NCBI GenBank assembly: GCA_951406725.2 | Contig: OX597823.1 | Location: forward strand, 82,956,001-83,020,000 | Length of the DNA: 64,000 nucleotides | Direction: 5' to 3' | Source: Octopus vulgaris | Taxonomy: Eukaryota | Shown: positions 29,265 to 41,267 of the stretch, piece after piece | Layout: every line of letters starts with the position of its first letter | Numbering within the stretch: position 1 is the first letter of the stretch | Notes under the pieces: generated by a model | The model's input: the letters and a program-made list of their open reading frames with translations, nothing else | The model's database searches: none | Told to the model about the DNA's origin: nothing | Made by a program: the position numbers and the translations under genes

Positions 29265-29479
29265 TGTATGTTTGAGTATCTGTATTTGTCCCCCATCATC
29301 ACTTGACAACCGATGCTAGTGTATTAGCATCTCCGTAACTTAGTGGTTCGGCAAAAGAGACCGACAGAATAAGTACTAGGCTTTGCAAAGAATAAGTCCT
29401 GGGGTCGATTTGCTCGACTAAATGTGGTGCTCCTGCATGGCCGCAGTCAAATGACTAAAACAAATAAATGAATAAAAGA

Positions 29480-29480
<1 letters not shown>
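29017..29480 (+). mobile_element. Pure (GAA)n tract (29017-29135) joined to a 5'-truncated SINE B
   Basis: The (GAA)n run reads directly into AAG|TGTCTCCTACTATAGCC, matching GGCAAG|TGTCTTCT of full copies. Confidence 0.85.
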
Positions 29481-29540
<60 letters not shown>

Positions 29541-29899
29541 CATATGCGCGCGTCTGTGTGTGTGAGTGAACAATGCTTGACAACTGGTGTTGTGGGGTTT
29601 AAGTACTAGCCTTAAAGGGAATCTAAGTGTAGTGGTCGATTCGTTTGACTAAAATTCCTCAAAGTGGTGCCCCAGCATGGCCGCAGTCTAATGCAACAAG
29701 TACATTGCTGCTTTCCCTCCTAGAAATAGCAACCTAATCCCCTCGAGTCACCTCCGAAAAGATGCAGCGGGTATTGTGTGGGTTTTCTTTTAATGCTTTG
29801 GATGTACACTAACTCAGATACAAAAAGACGAGATGGTCACGGCTTAAATGTCTTTGATGATCAGTATGGTCAGCTGGAACTGATCTGAAGCTAAGCCAC

Positions 29900-30510
29900 T
29901 ACCCCGACCACCAACATCTCGAACACTACCACCACCACCGCAACTACTACTAACAACATCATCATCATCATCATCACCATCACCATCACAAACACAAACA
30001 ACATTATCACCAACACCACCACTACCATCTCCATCACCGGCACAACAACAATCTCGAACACTGCGACCATCATGAACACCATGACCATCACCACAGACGA
30101 CACCACCACCTCCATAACCCCCACCCCCACCACAACCGGCACCAACAATAAGACAAGCACTACCATCACCACTACCACCACTACCATTTCCATCACCACC
30201 ACAACAACAATCTCGACGCTGCAGCCATCACGAACACCATGACCATCACCACCGCCAACACCAGCATCTCGATCATTATCACCACCAACACCGACACCAA
30301 CACCAACACCAACACCACCACTACCGCCACCAACTACACCACCATCACCATGATCACCACCGCAAACACAAGGAGCATCATCGCCACCTCCAACATCATC
30401 AACACTGCAACCACCACCAACACCACTTCCACCAGCACCGCCACAATCGCAACTACAACCATCACCAGCATCACTATTATCAAGTACAACATAAACAATA
30501 GCATCAGGTA
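29900..30510. repeat. Degenerate (CAC/CAT/CAA)n tract
   Basis: Directly visible low-complexity sequence. Confidence 0.85.
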
Positions 30511-30737
30511 GTAGAATATAACAGACGGTTAGTAAAGCGTCGATATTAATAACTAGTAAAAAACCTGTATTAACACGCTAACTCTGGTAGCATTAATGTG
30601 TTTGTAGCAGTAACCAGGTGTGTTTGATAAACTATTAATTGAACAAAAACCCAGCAGATACTTCTAATGTATAGTTTGGTGGTGGGCACGGTCCATTCAT
30701 TTGTAAGGACAATAGTTTATCAATAAGTGCGTCCGTA

Positions 30738-31354
30738 AAGGCGACGAGCTGGCAGAAACGTTAGCACGCCGGGCGAAATGCTTAGCGAAACTTCGTCTGC
30801 CGTTACGTTCTGAGTTCAAATTACGCCGAGGTCGACTCTGCCATTCATCCTTTCGGTGTCGATAAATTAAGTACTAATTACGCACTGGGGTCGATGTAAT
30901 CGAATTTATCCTTTTGTCTGTCCTTGTCTGTCCCCTCTATGTTTATCCCCTTGTGGGCAATAAAGAAATAAGAAACGTTAGCACGCCGGTCGAAATGCTT
31001 AGCGAAATTTCGTCTACCGTTACGTTCTGAGTTCAAATTACGCCGAGGTCGACTCTGCCTTTCATCCTTTCGGTGTCGATTAATCAAGTACCAGTTACGC
31101 ACTGGAGTCGATGTAATCGAATTTATCCCTTTGTTTGTCCTTGTCTGTCCCCTCTATGTTTAGCCCCTTGTGGGCAATAAAGAAATAGGCATTTCGTCTG
31201 CTGTTACGTTCTGAGTTCAAATTCCGCCGAATTTGATTTTGCCTTTCATCCTTTTGCGGGTCAATAAATTAAGTACCAGTTGCGTACTGGGGTCAATATA
31301 ATCGACTGGCCCCTTCCCCCCAAATTTCCGGCCTTGTGCCTAGGGCAGAGAAGA
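30738..31354 (+). mobile_element. SINE family A trimer flanked by direct repeats of about 195 bp (30543-30737 / 31355-31551)
   Basis: Three GAGTTCAAATT B-box/central modules in tandem; the flanks are collinear near-copies abutting both ends. Confidence 0.9.
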
Positions 31355-31569
31355 ATATTAATAACTAGTAAAAACCTGTATTAACACGCTAACTCTGGTA
31401 GTATTAATGTGTTTGTACCATTAACCAGGTGTGTTTGATAAACTATTAATTGAACAAAACCCAGTAGATACTTCTAATGTATAATATATCTGGTGGTGGG
31501 TACGGTGCATTCATTCGTCAGGACAATAGTTTATCAATAACTGCGTCCGTACTCAAGTACATCCATACG

Positions 31570-31993
31570 ACACCACCACTACCAACTTTATAATCATCCT
31601 CATATTCATCATCATCACTAACTTCACATCATCAATGACGTCATCGTCGTCGTTATCAGTATTATTACTCAGCATCGTTTTCCCCTTCCATCTCCCCTCA
31701 TCTAACGCCTCATGAACGCCATCATTATCGTCGTCGTCTTCATCATTTTTATCGCCATCATCGTCATCATCATCATTATGGCCATCACCATCATTATCGT
31801 CATCATCATCATTATCGCCATCACCATCATTATCGTCATCATCATCATTATCGCCATCACCATCATCATCGTCATCATCATCATTATCGTCGCCGTCGTC
31901 GTGATCATCATCATTGCCATCATTGTCATCGTCGCCCTCATTATGATCGTAATTGTCGTCATTGTCATCGTCGCCATCATCATCGTAGTTGTG

Positions 31994-32030
<37 letters not shown>

Positions 32031-32170
32031 CCATTATCATCATCATCATTGTCGTCGTCGTCGTCATCATCGTGATGATCGTCATCATCATTATTATCAT
32101 TATCATCAACGTCTTTGTCGGCATCGCCTTCCTCATAAGCAATCTCATTTATCATTTTCAATATTATCAT
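31570..32170. repeat. Degenerate (CAT/CGT)n tract with a higher-order period of about 36 bp near 31780-31880
   Basis: GCCATCACCATCATTATCGTCATCATCATCATTATC is repeated about three times. Confidence 0.85.
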
Positions 32171-32505
32171 CACTTACACTGACATCGTAGAGTCAACAAA
32201 AGTGCCTCTACATTGCTCGTTCGACTTGCTAGAAATAACAATAATGTTATTTCTAGAAGGTTTGTTGCTCTGTCAAATAAACAAAAAAAAAAGCTCTTCA
32301 CCAAGAGACTGCGCAGTAACGGGACTGAACCGAGAATACCACGATTAAAAATAAACTCATTAACCACTTTCTAATTGATATTTTACAAGATTTAATGACA
32401 TACAACAAAGTTTAGCAGGCATGAAACAGAGACTGGATTCATCACCAGCTGTTGCAGCACCATAGTCCTTGATCAGAGGTTCTCAATGGTTTATTTATTT
32501 ATTTT

Positions 32506-32932
32506 AGGCGTAGGAGTGGCTGTGTATTAAGTAGCTCGCTTACGAACCACATGGTTCCGGGTTCAGTCCCACTGCGTGGCACCTTGAGCAAGTGTCTTCT
32601 ACTATAGCCTCGGGCCGACCAAAGCCTTGTGAGTGTATTTCGTAGACGGAAACTGAAAGAAGCCCGTCGAATATATGTATATATATATATGTATGTATGT
32701 ATGTGTGTGTGTGTGTATGTTTGTGTGTCTGTGTTTGGCCCCTCCCCCAACATCGCTTGACAACCGATGCTGGTGTGTTTACATCTCCGTAACTTAGCAG
32801 TTCGCAAAAGAGAGGGATAGAATAAGTACTACGCATACAAATAATAAGTCCCGGGGGTCGATTTGCTCGACTAAAACGCGGTGCTCCAGCATGGCCACAG
32901 TCAAATGACTGAAACAAGTAAAAGAGTAAAAG
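32506..32932 (+). mobile_element. SINE family B, full length
   Basis: Same architecture as the 25012 copy. Confidence 0.9.
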
Positions 32933-33015
32933 CGTCTGAACCCTTCTGGTTCCTATTTTACTCGGGAGGATTCTGATAGCCATTTGATGTTGTAAAAATT
33001 CCTAGTATCGTGTTC

Positions 33016-33098
33016 GGCACGATGGCCGAGTGGTTAAGGCGTTGGACTTAAGTTCCAATGGACATCTGTCCGCGTGGGTTCGAACCCCACTCGTGCTA
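33016..33098 (+). tRNA. trnL-UAA: tRNA-Leu, anticodon TAA, intact, with a Pol III T6 terminator at 33104-33109
   Basis: Acceptor GGCACGA/TCGTGCT plus discriminator A; A box TGGCCGAGTGG; anticodon arm TTGGA-CTTAAGT-TCCAA; long variable arm GGACA-TC-TGTCC; T arm GTGGG-TTCGAAC-CCCAC. Confidence 0.95.
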
Positions 33099-33221
33099 AT
33101 ACATTTTTTCAGCGGTGGTGCCCCAGCATGGCCGCGGCCTTCGGGCTAGAACATTTTAAAGGATTTATTATAGTTTCAGAATTAAATATTAATAGGAATT
33201 GTTTTAAAACAGAATTGCTTT

Positions 33222-33644
33222 AAGCGCAGGTGTGACTGTGTGGTAAGAAGTTTTGCTTCCCGACCTCATGGTTCCGGGTTCAGTCTCACTGCGTGGTACC
33301 TTCGGTAACTCTCTACTAATATAGTTTCGGTTTGAATAAAGTCTCGCAAGTGGATTTTGTAGATGGAAACTGAAAAAAGCCCCTCGTATATATGTGTTGT
33401 GTGTGTCTGTGTCTATGCGAGTGTGTTTGTTTGTTTGTCCACCACCACCACCACCACCACTTGACAGCCGGTGTTAATGTGCTTACGTCCCCATAACTTA
33501 GCGTTCGTCAAATGGCGCGGCTAGAATAAGTGCCAGGCTTTGCAAAAAAAATTAATAAGTACTGGAGTCGATTCGTTCGACTAAAATTCTTCAAGGGTGT
33601 GCCCCAGTACGGCCGCAGTCAGATGACTGAAACAAGAAAAAGAT
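33222..33644 (+). mobile_element. SINE family B, full length, older copy
   Basis: Collinear with the 32506 copy with more substitutions. Confidence 0.85.
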
Positions 33645-34404
33645 AATATTTTGTACAATGTAGAATTATAACCAATTTTCTACACAAAACTTTCGATGGA
33701 CCACCAAGGGTGATATGGTCTTCTGTTGAGAATCGGTACCCCAGTTTAAGCTTGATCGATCAGAGCTATGATCGAAATTATTCCAGTCGTGACTGTCTGA
33801 ATCTTGTTAGGAGAACCTAGAACTGTATATTTTTACGTGTCATTTTCCTTTTTTCCGTTCATGACGTTAAGGTGGGAATTTATGCAGTTATGACTGCTAC
33901 ATCTAGCAAGTCGTGTGACCGCGTATTATCATCCCCCGTTAGAGAATGAATTCAATAGAATAGTTAGCTGAGAGTAGAAGTTGTATGTGCTGATAAGATA
34001 CGAAGAATAAAAGAGAGAAGAATTAAATATGTATGAAATAGAAAGAACGAAGCAAAGAGTATTTCCAGCAAATGCAGACTTATCGATCACAGCTGCATTT
34101 TTGTTTTTGCATTCTGTTATAGTTATTGTTATTTTATTTTATTTTTCTGTTTGTGTTCAGAAGGAAGATATGAGAATAGTAATAAACAGTAATCAATTGA
34201 AAGTCCACAGATGTTAAGGTATGGCGTATATATGGTGCCTAAAGAGGAATGCCATACATTTCTGATGCAGTTCTTTTTTTATTATATTTTATCAAGATGT
34301 GGAGATATGCGGCAGACATCAGTGTATAGTCGATAGGAGTATGGAGAAAGAGACGTTGGTTCACACAATAAAAGAAGTAAATAGGGAATAATCGAATAAT
34401 AATA

Positions 34405-34856
34405 ATCCTTTCTATTAAAGGCACAAGGCCTGTGATTGGGGATTGTGGGGATTGCATCGACTCCAGTGTTTCACTGGTACTTAATTTATCGACCCTGAAA
34501 AGATGAAAGGCAAAGATGACCCCGGCGGAATTTGAACTCAGAACGTAAAGAAGACCGAAATGCCGCAAAGGACTTCGTCCGACATCCTAACGATCCTTAT
34601 TTCTTTATTGCCCACAAGGGACTAAACATAGAGGGGACAATCAAAGACAGACAAAGGGATTAAGTCGATTACATCGACCTCAGTGCGTAACGGGTACTTA
34701 ATTCATCGATCCCGAAAGGATGAAAGGCAAAGTCGGCTTCGGCGGAATTTGAACTCAGAACGTAACGGCAGACGAAATACGACTACGCATTTCGCCCGGC
34801 GTGATACCGTTTCTGCCAGCTCGCCACCTTAACGATTCTGCCAGCTCGTCGCCTTC
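34405..34856 (-). mobile_element. SINE family A nested within another family A copy
   Basis: The inner copy (about 34597-34830) interrupts the head of the outer copy; TSD-like TAACGATYCT at about 34588 and 34830. Confidence 0.8.
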
Positions 34857-34989
34857 ATAATAGTATTTTCTATTAAAAACAGAAGACTGAATCTTTTTAA
34901 TGAGGAGGTCTGTAGTCGAGTGCATTGACTCCATTGCTCAACTTTTATCGCATTTTATCGATCCTGAAATGATGAAAGTTGGCCACAGT

Positions 34990-35230
34990 GGACCTGATGC
35001 CAATAGTAAATGGCGCGCTTGGAACTATCAGCACTCTACTACAACATGGCTAAAAAATATTAGTACAAATGTAGAGATAGAGCACCTAAAAATTCATCAT
35101 TTCTTGGAACTGCAAGAGTTTTCCGCAGGGTTCTTGAAGTAAACAAGTTTCACCTTAGTCAGTTGGCTGTGGACGGCTGACATTCCGATTAAACCCAGCA
35201 AAATAAGCTGGGTGTTTTCATCAAATAATA
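34990..35230 (+). mobile_element. Decayed 3' end of an RLE-type (R4/Dong-like) non-LTR retrotransposon
   Basis: Peptide PIVNGALGTIS...WLKNI...EIEHL...FLGTARVFRRVLE; the 3' UTR resembles that of the 37012-37686 copy; ends in AATAATAAT. Confidence 0.7.
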
Positions 35231-35413
35231 ATAGTAATTCTTTCTACAATAGGTGAATGGCTGAAAGATTTCGGGGGGTGGGGTGGAGCTGGTCGATTAT
35301 ATCAAATCTATTGCTTGCCTGGTACTTATTTCATTGACCACGACATGATAAAATGCCGCTAAGGATTTTGCCCGGCGTGCGTTCGATTCTGCCAGCTCAC
35401 CGCCTTAATAATA

Positions 35414-35463
<50 letters not shown>

Positions 35464-35464
<1 letters not shown>

Positions 35465-36088
35465 TCTACACTGGCTAATAAGTCGGCTTTACAATATCAA
35501 AACTGCCGACAAGTGGTATAATCACCACCCTGAAGCTGTAACTGAAGGAGAAAATGTAACGATTCTGTGGGACTTTCCAGTACATACAGACCGAACCATC
35601 AAAGCCAATAAACCAGATATTGTTGTGAAAGACCAAAACAATAAAGTTTGCTTATTGATCGACATGAGCATCCCCTGTGATCATAATATCTCGGCGAAAG
35701 AGTTTGATAAGCTCAGAAAATATAAAGACCTGCTCATTGAAATTGAGAAAATGTGGCATCTCAAGGCGGTTACAATACCAGTGATCGTAGAAGCACTAGG
35801 GATGATCAAGAAGGGAACCGAAAATTATATGAGAATGATCCCTGGCTTACCATCCCTGCAAGAAGTGCAAAAGATTGTCTTAACTGGTACATCACACGTA
35901 TTGAGAAGAGCATTGTCGATGTGAGAACTATTACTACCCATGTATTTTAATTTAACTTTTTAAAAAAATGAACGAACTAGTGAGTTTAGTTTAATAGCCT
36001 ACCAATGTATACTATCAGTTTCTTTGCCCTAGGAGTCGGGAAGACACTCGGCAAGAAATGGAAGCAAATTTGAAAGAAGAAAAAAAAG
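35464..36088 (+). mobile_element. 5'-truncated RLE-type (R4/Dong-like) LINE in (AAT)n
   Basis: YLHWL...KWYNHHPEAVTEGENVTILWDFPVHTDRTIKANKPDIVVKD...LIDMSIP...KLRKYKDL...LTGTSHVLRRAL: PD-(D/E)xK endonuclease. (AAT)n on both sides. Confidence 0.9.
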
Positions 36089-36094
36089 ATAATG

Positions 36095-36170
<76 letters not shown>

Positions 36171-36172
<2 letters not shown>

Positions 36173-36859
36173 TGTAATGAAAAGAAATATTACAAGTAAC
36201 TGCAGAATATGTGGAGATGGACAAGAAACAATAAATCATATTATCTCTAGCTGCCCAGTCCTGGCTAAGAAGGAATATATTCACAGACATGACAGAGTTG
36301 GAACCTACATACATTGGAAGCTATGCCAACATTATGGTATGCCAAAAAGATGGTATAGGCACACACCAGAAAAGGTCACAGAAAACGAGAAAGCAACCAT
36401 ACTCTGGGATATGCCGATACACACAGATAGAGAAATTAAGGCCAACAGACCAGATATAGTTGTCAGAGATCATGAAGAAAAAAAATGCTTTCTAATTGAT
36501 GTATCAATACCGGCAGATGACAACGTGTCTCTAAAAGAAATGAAGAAACTCTCAAAATACAAAGACCTGGAAATAGAGATAACTAGAATGTGGAACCTAA
36601 AAACAGAAACAATTCCTATCATAGTAGGTGCATTAGGCATGATAAAAAAAATATTCAGACAAATACATAACAAAAACACCAGGACTTACAAACACATATA
36701 ACATACAGAAAATTGCACTACTAGGTACTGCACACATCCTACGCAGAACACTTTCCATACAATAACCATCAGAGCATCACAACAAATCACAGCACATACC
36801 CAAGGCACACAGAGCTGCGTTCGGTAGTGAAGTGAAAGCACGCTATAAAAATAAAACTA

Positions 36860-36862
<3 letters not shown>
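36171..36862 (+). mobile_element. 5'-truncated RLE-type (R4/Dong-like) LINE in (AAT)n
   Basis: CCHC knuckle CRICGDGQETINHIISSC, RHD motif, KANRPDIVV, IDVSIP, KLSKYKDL; frameshift near 36650. (AAT)n on both sides. Confidence 0.92.
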
Positions 36863-36927
<65 letters not shown>

Positions 36928-37011
36928 AGAAGAAGAAGAAGAAGAAGAAGAAGAAGAAGAAGAAGAAGAAGAAGAAGAAGAAGAAGAAGAAGAAGAAGAA
37001 GAAGAAGAAGA

Positions 37012-37686
37012 AAGTGATAAATATAAGACAACTCATCAGAAATTGATACGTGAAGAATCTGTGGAGAAAATAGTGAAACCGTATGGCATATTACCAGCCA
37101 ATGTACGCCACTACCCCAGAAGGAATATAAGAGACGCCACGACAATATACCCAGGCTTGTCCATTGCACATTTTGGAACAAGTATGGACTTGGCAAAGAA
37201 AAAAATCGGTGAGACCACAAACCCGGAGGCATCATCGAAAATGATAAAGAAAAGATCCTGTGGGATTTTATGATTCAGTGCGACCATGAAATAGAGAATA
37301 GGAAGCCAGACATAGTCTTCATTGAGAAAGAAAGCAAACTATGCTGGATCATAGATATAGCCTGCCCAGTTGACAACAAGGTATGCTATAAGGAAGAAAG
37401 TAAAGTCGATAGGTACGACAGGTTAGCTTGGGAGGTAAAGCAGTTGTGGTCGATGAAAAAGGTGGTAGTGGTACCAATAATTGTCGGAGCCCTGGGACCA
37501 ATGAGTAAAAACCTCGTGAAGTACATGGAACAAATAGGGGCAGCAATAAGGGTGGAGCACTTGCAGAAAACAGCACTGCTTGGAACCGCTCGAATACTCC
37601 GGAAGGTGCTCGAAAAATAAGGGGTGTCACTGGTAGTGAACGGCTGACACCTGTTGTACATCTCCAGCGTTAGAAGCTGTGCAAAT
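37012..37686 (+). mobile_element. 5'-truncated RLE-type (R4/Dong-like) LINE ending in (AAT)n
   Basis: ICGENSETVWHITSQC, KEYKRRHDN, ENRKPDIVFIEK, IDIACP, RYDRL, LQKTALLGTARILRKVL. Confidence 0.9.
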
Positions 37687-37687
37687 A

Positions 37688-37755
<68 letters not shown>

Positions 37756-38725
37756 TTTTTCCAGCAGTCTAATTCATTGCGTGTATGTGAAATGATGATG
37801 ATCAGTAGCAGGATGGGGAGGAGAAGGAGGATGGGGATGAGGAGGAGGACGGGGACGAGGAGGCAGATGGGGAGGAGGAGTACGGGGATTATTAGTATTA
37901 TGAGGAGGAGAGAAAAGAAGAAGAAGAAGAAGAAGAAGAAGAAAAAGAAGAAGAAGAATCCTTTGTCTAATGCTAAACTTCCGATGGACGAGGGAGCATC
38001 TCATTGACAAGATACAAAACCTGTGAGAAGTTTACAGTGACTCGATAATGAAAGTGTACGGATGGGAAGCACACATCAGAAAGTGATAAATGTATACAGG
38101 AAATGAAATACATCGTTTCAGTAGATTCCATGACTACATATCACCTATCGAGGTAAACCATTGAACGCGGAATAATCTTACTGCTAGTCTAACTACCTTG
38201 AAGAACTTCTCTCCAGCTTACAGGCCATACCACTTTCATGCTTTCCTTAACATTCACTTTTTTTATTAAAGTGGAACCGGACTATTCAGCTGAACCCTTT
38301 TCTCTATAGTTAACAATCAGAAAACTAACCGTTCAATACAATGAAAAGTAATACATCTCATAAATTTGTTTAATTTTATGAATTTATAATATGTTCAACT
38401 CATATAAACGAACCAAATATATAACAAATTATATAAAATGTATTGTACATTTGTTTCAGAGGGGAATAATCTCCTCAGATCAACCAAGGGAAATGAACAG
38501 ATCCTAGATTTTCCTGCCAAGCGGGTACCACCGTAGATCATATATGAATTTCTGCAGGTTTTGTTGCGTCCATAATCATTTCATATAAAGTTCTTTCGGA
38601 CAGTGTTTGTAGCAAGACTTTTCCCCTCCACTAAAAGTAATATATTAACCACCTGAATTTTGGGAGACGTGGCTTTGCACAAACACGACGCTCAAGCGAC
38701 AAGAATGCAGGGGCTCTATATTTTT

Positions 38726-39790
38726 GAGATGGGTTGGTTTTAGTGGTGTTGATCCTAAAGCAAAATTCTCAATGTATTCCTTGTATATATTGGCTATTAT
38801 TGGTGATAATGACGAACCCATAGCTAAATCCTTATCATTGTCGATATGTCTCAGTATCTACTCTGAAGTTGGCAGTTTCTACACAGAAGGTCAAAATAAG
38901 ACGGCGAGCTGGCAGAAACGGTAGCACATGGGCGAAATGCTTAGCGGTATTTCGTCTGCCGTTACGTTGTGAGTTCAAATTCCGCCGAGGTCGACTTTGC
39001 CTTTCATCCTTTCGGGGTCGATAAATTAAGTACCAGTTAAGCACTGGGGTCAATGTAATCAACTTAATCCCTTTGTCTGTCCTTGTTTGTCTCCTCTATG
39101 TTTAGCCCCTTGTGGGTAATAAAGAAATAGGTATTTCGTCTGCCGCTACGTTCTGAGTTCAAATTCCGCCGAGATCGACTCTGCCTTTCATCCTTTCGGC
39201 GTCGATAAATTAAGTACCAGTTACGCACTGGGGTCAATGTAATCAACTTAATCCCTTTGTCTGTCCTTGTTTGTCCCCTCTATGTTTAACCCCTTGTGGG
39301 CAATAAAGATATAAGAAGGTTAATATTTCCATCAAGTTTCCTATTGGTATACCAGTGCGAACTTTTAGATAGGTGTCCGTCAGTAGTTTTCTTGAATCAC
39401 TGATAGTGCTTCATCAGTTGGGACTTCACTGAACAGGCTTATCACATCTAGACTTACCATCTGGTTGGATCCAATGAAGGTATCCTTGATCAAGTCTGTG
39501 AAGTGGGTGGAATTCTTCACATATGATATTGACTAACTTGCTAATGGACAGGGAAGCGGCTCAGTGGATGACATGCCGGACCTCTACCGCTCACTATGGG
39601 TTTTAATGGGATATCATCCTTCTCAATCTTAGGGAGACCGTACATGTGTGGTAGTTTACTATAGTGTTGGGTCAGTTGTCTGTACTTCATTGATATGAAG
39701 TGATTCTTGTTCTTGATTAAAATTTGTGACAGCTTCCTCCCTGTTTTCAGAGTTCGGTCTTTATATATGCAGGCCTTGTTCAAATATGAG
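38726..39790 (-). pseudogene. Penelope-like element reverse transcriptase fragment, split by a SINE A dimer
   Basis: YGLPKIEKDDIPLKPIVS, SYVKNSTHF, MVSLDVISLFSEVP, then across the SINE ILTFCVETANF...YRQ...LAMGSSLSPIIANIY. These are typical PLE RT motifs; truncated before YxDD. Confidence 0.88.
38898..39316 (+). mobile_element. SINE family A dimer inserted in the PLE RT
   Basis: Two modules; TSD-like AGAAGGTYAAWAT at about 38885 and 39314. Confidence 0.9.
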
Positions 39791-39866
39791 TAGAATATGG
39801 AAACTGGTATTGAAGGATATAAAAATATTAAGTTTGTAAGCCCTAAAATTCACTCTATATGCCCAA

Positions 39867-40105
39867 GGGCATATAGCGTAATGGTTAAGAGCGCAGGCTT
39901 CTAACCCCAAGATTGCGAGTTCAGTTCCAGGCAGTGCCTTGAATAACTAATAATAATAATGATGATAATAGTAATAGCATCAGCAAAAAAGCACCTTAGG
40001 AATTCTACCAAAACACCTGATGATGGCTGGAGAGTAAATCAGCCGAAACGTTGTGGTAACAACAAGCAGTAAATATAAATAATAAATACGGAGTTAATGT
40101 AAGTA
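39867..40105 (+). mobile_element. Element D copy 1: tRNA-like head, (AAT)n spacer, hammerhead tail
   Basis: A box TAGCGTAATGG and B box GAGTTCAGTTCC; HHR at 40012-40057; collinear with 48238-48580. Confidence 0.75.
40012..40057 (+). ncRNA. Minimal type-I hammerhead motif
   Basis: AACAC-CTGATGA-T-GGCTGG(AGAGTAAA)TCAGCC-GAAA-C-GTT-GTGGT; stem III is reduced to the palindrome AACGTT. Confidence 0.65.
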
Positions 40106-41172
40106 TTTCCCACCTCTGACCAACCTTTCTGTTATGACTTTCTGTTAGTTTATATCTAAGATCTACAGGTCATTCTGCAAGATTATCCACAACCTGATCC
40201 TAAACTCGTTTCGCTTCTTATTCGCGTGACAGTCGGAACAGATTCAGAAAACATAAGCTCTAATGGAGCCTTTCTTCCAGCGTTATACACTGACCAACCG
40301 TGACATGTTTTTCCAGAATACGAATAGTGAACCCAGTTTTCTTCTTGATAATGCATGCTTATGCTACCAAGTTAACATGTGGTTTTCTGTCTTAATGACG
40401 GTGAGGTCGCCCCAATACGACAACACAAATCTCCTGTGTCCAAGTTTAAACGAGATACCCCCTTAATATATTTATCTTCAAAAGAACCAACACGAACCGT
40501 AGTAGCGATAGAAGTCACTCTAAAACGGTGGAGCGTGTGTTTCAAACAGGGTGTGTGTTAGAAGGTCATTTAGTCAGACCATCGAGCAGATACTTCGGTA
40601 CGTGGAAACGCTTGTACAAAGACAGACCAAAATTGACTTCTTGTGGGACACTGCCAGATAACGGTGGTCGATACCGACGAAAACATTGATGAAAATTGAT
40701 TTAAATTGATAACATTGTCATTTACTGCAACTGTTCATGAACTGGTTGTTGCTTAACCCTAGGCCAACAAAGAAATGACCAGGCAAATCACTAAGGACAT
40801 TCCAAATGTGACCATCCTGCCTTATATTATATTCAGACACATGAATTTTTTCAACATGGCCTACGCTGCTTAAGGTTGTAGAACAGATCTAAGCGATCAT
40901 TTGTTCGGTATTTCTAGCAAATATTTCTAGTCGTGTACAGGTTTCCTCTTTGAGCTGTGTTTATTAGGTGTAAATATCAGGGAATATTTGAACAACGATC
41001 TTTAGCGTTTTATTGCGTTGCAATCGATTTTAAAGTTTAGACCTAGTCATTACACAAGCAACATTCAAAATAAACCATTGTAATTGATTGTGGTTAGAGA
41101 TTATTAGCGTATGATTATAGTTATTTGACTTCTTCCGCTTCTCATGTATATATGCATATACACATACACTTG

Positions 41173-41267
<95 letters not shown>

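Noticed and set aside
30738-31354. Regularly repeated units resembling a CRISPR array
   Set aside because: The units are about 200-bp SINE modules with no unique spacers; eukaryotic context and no cas genes.
27489-32182. Poly-His, poly-Asp, poly-Thr and poly-Glu ORFs suggesting metal-binding or acidic proteins
   Set aside because: Degenerate trinucleotide microsatellites open in multiple frames, with no non-repetitive domain or splice context.
38726-39790. An active autonomous Penelope partner for the hammerhead elements
   Set aside because: The fragment is frameshifted, SINE-interrupted and lacks YxDD and GIY-YIG. It only shows that PLEs exist in this genome.
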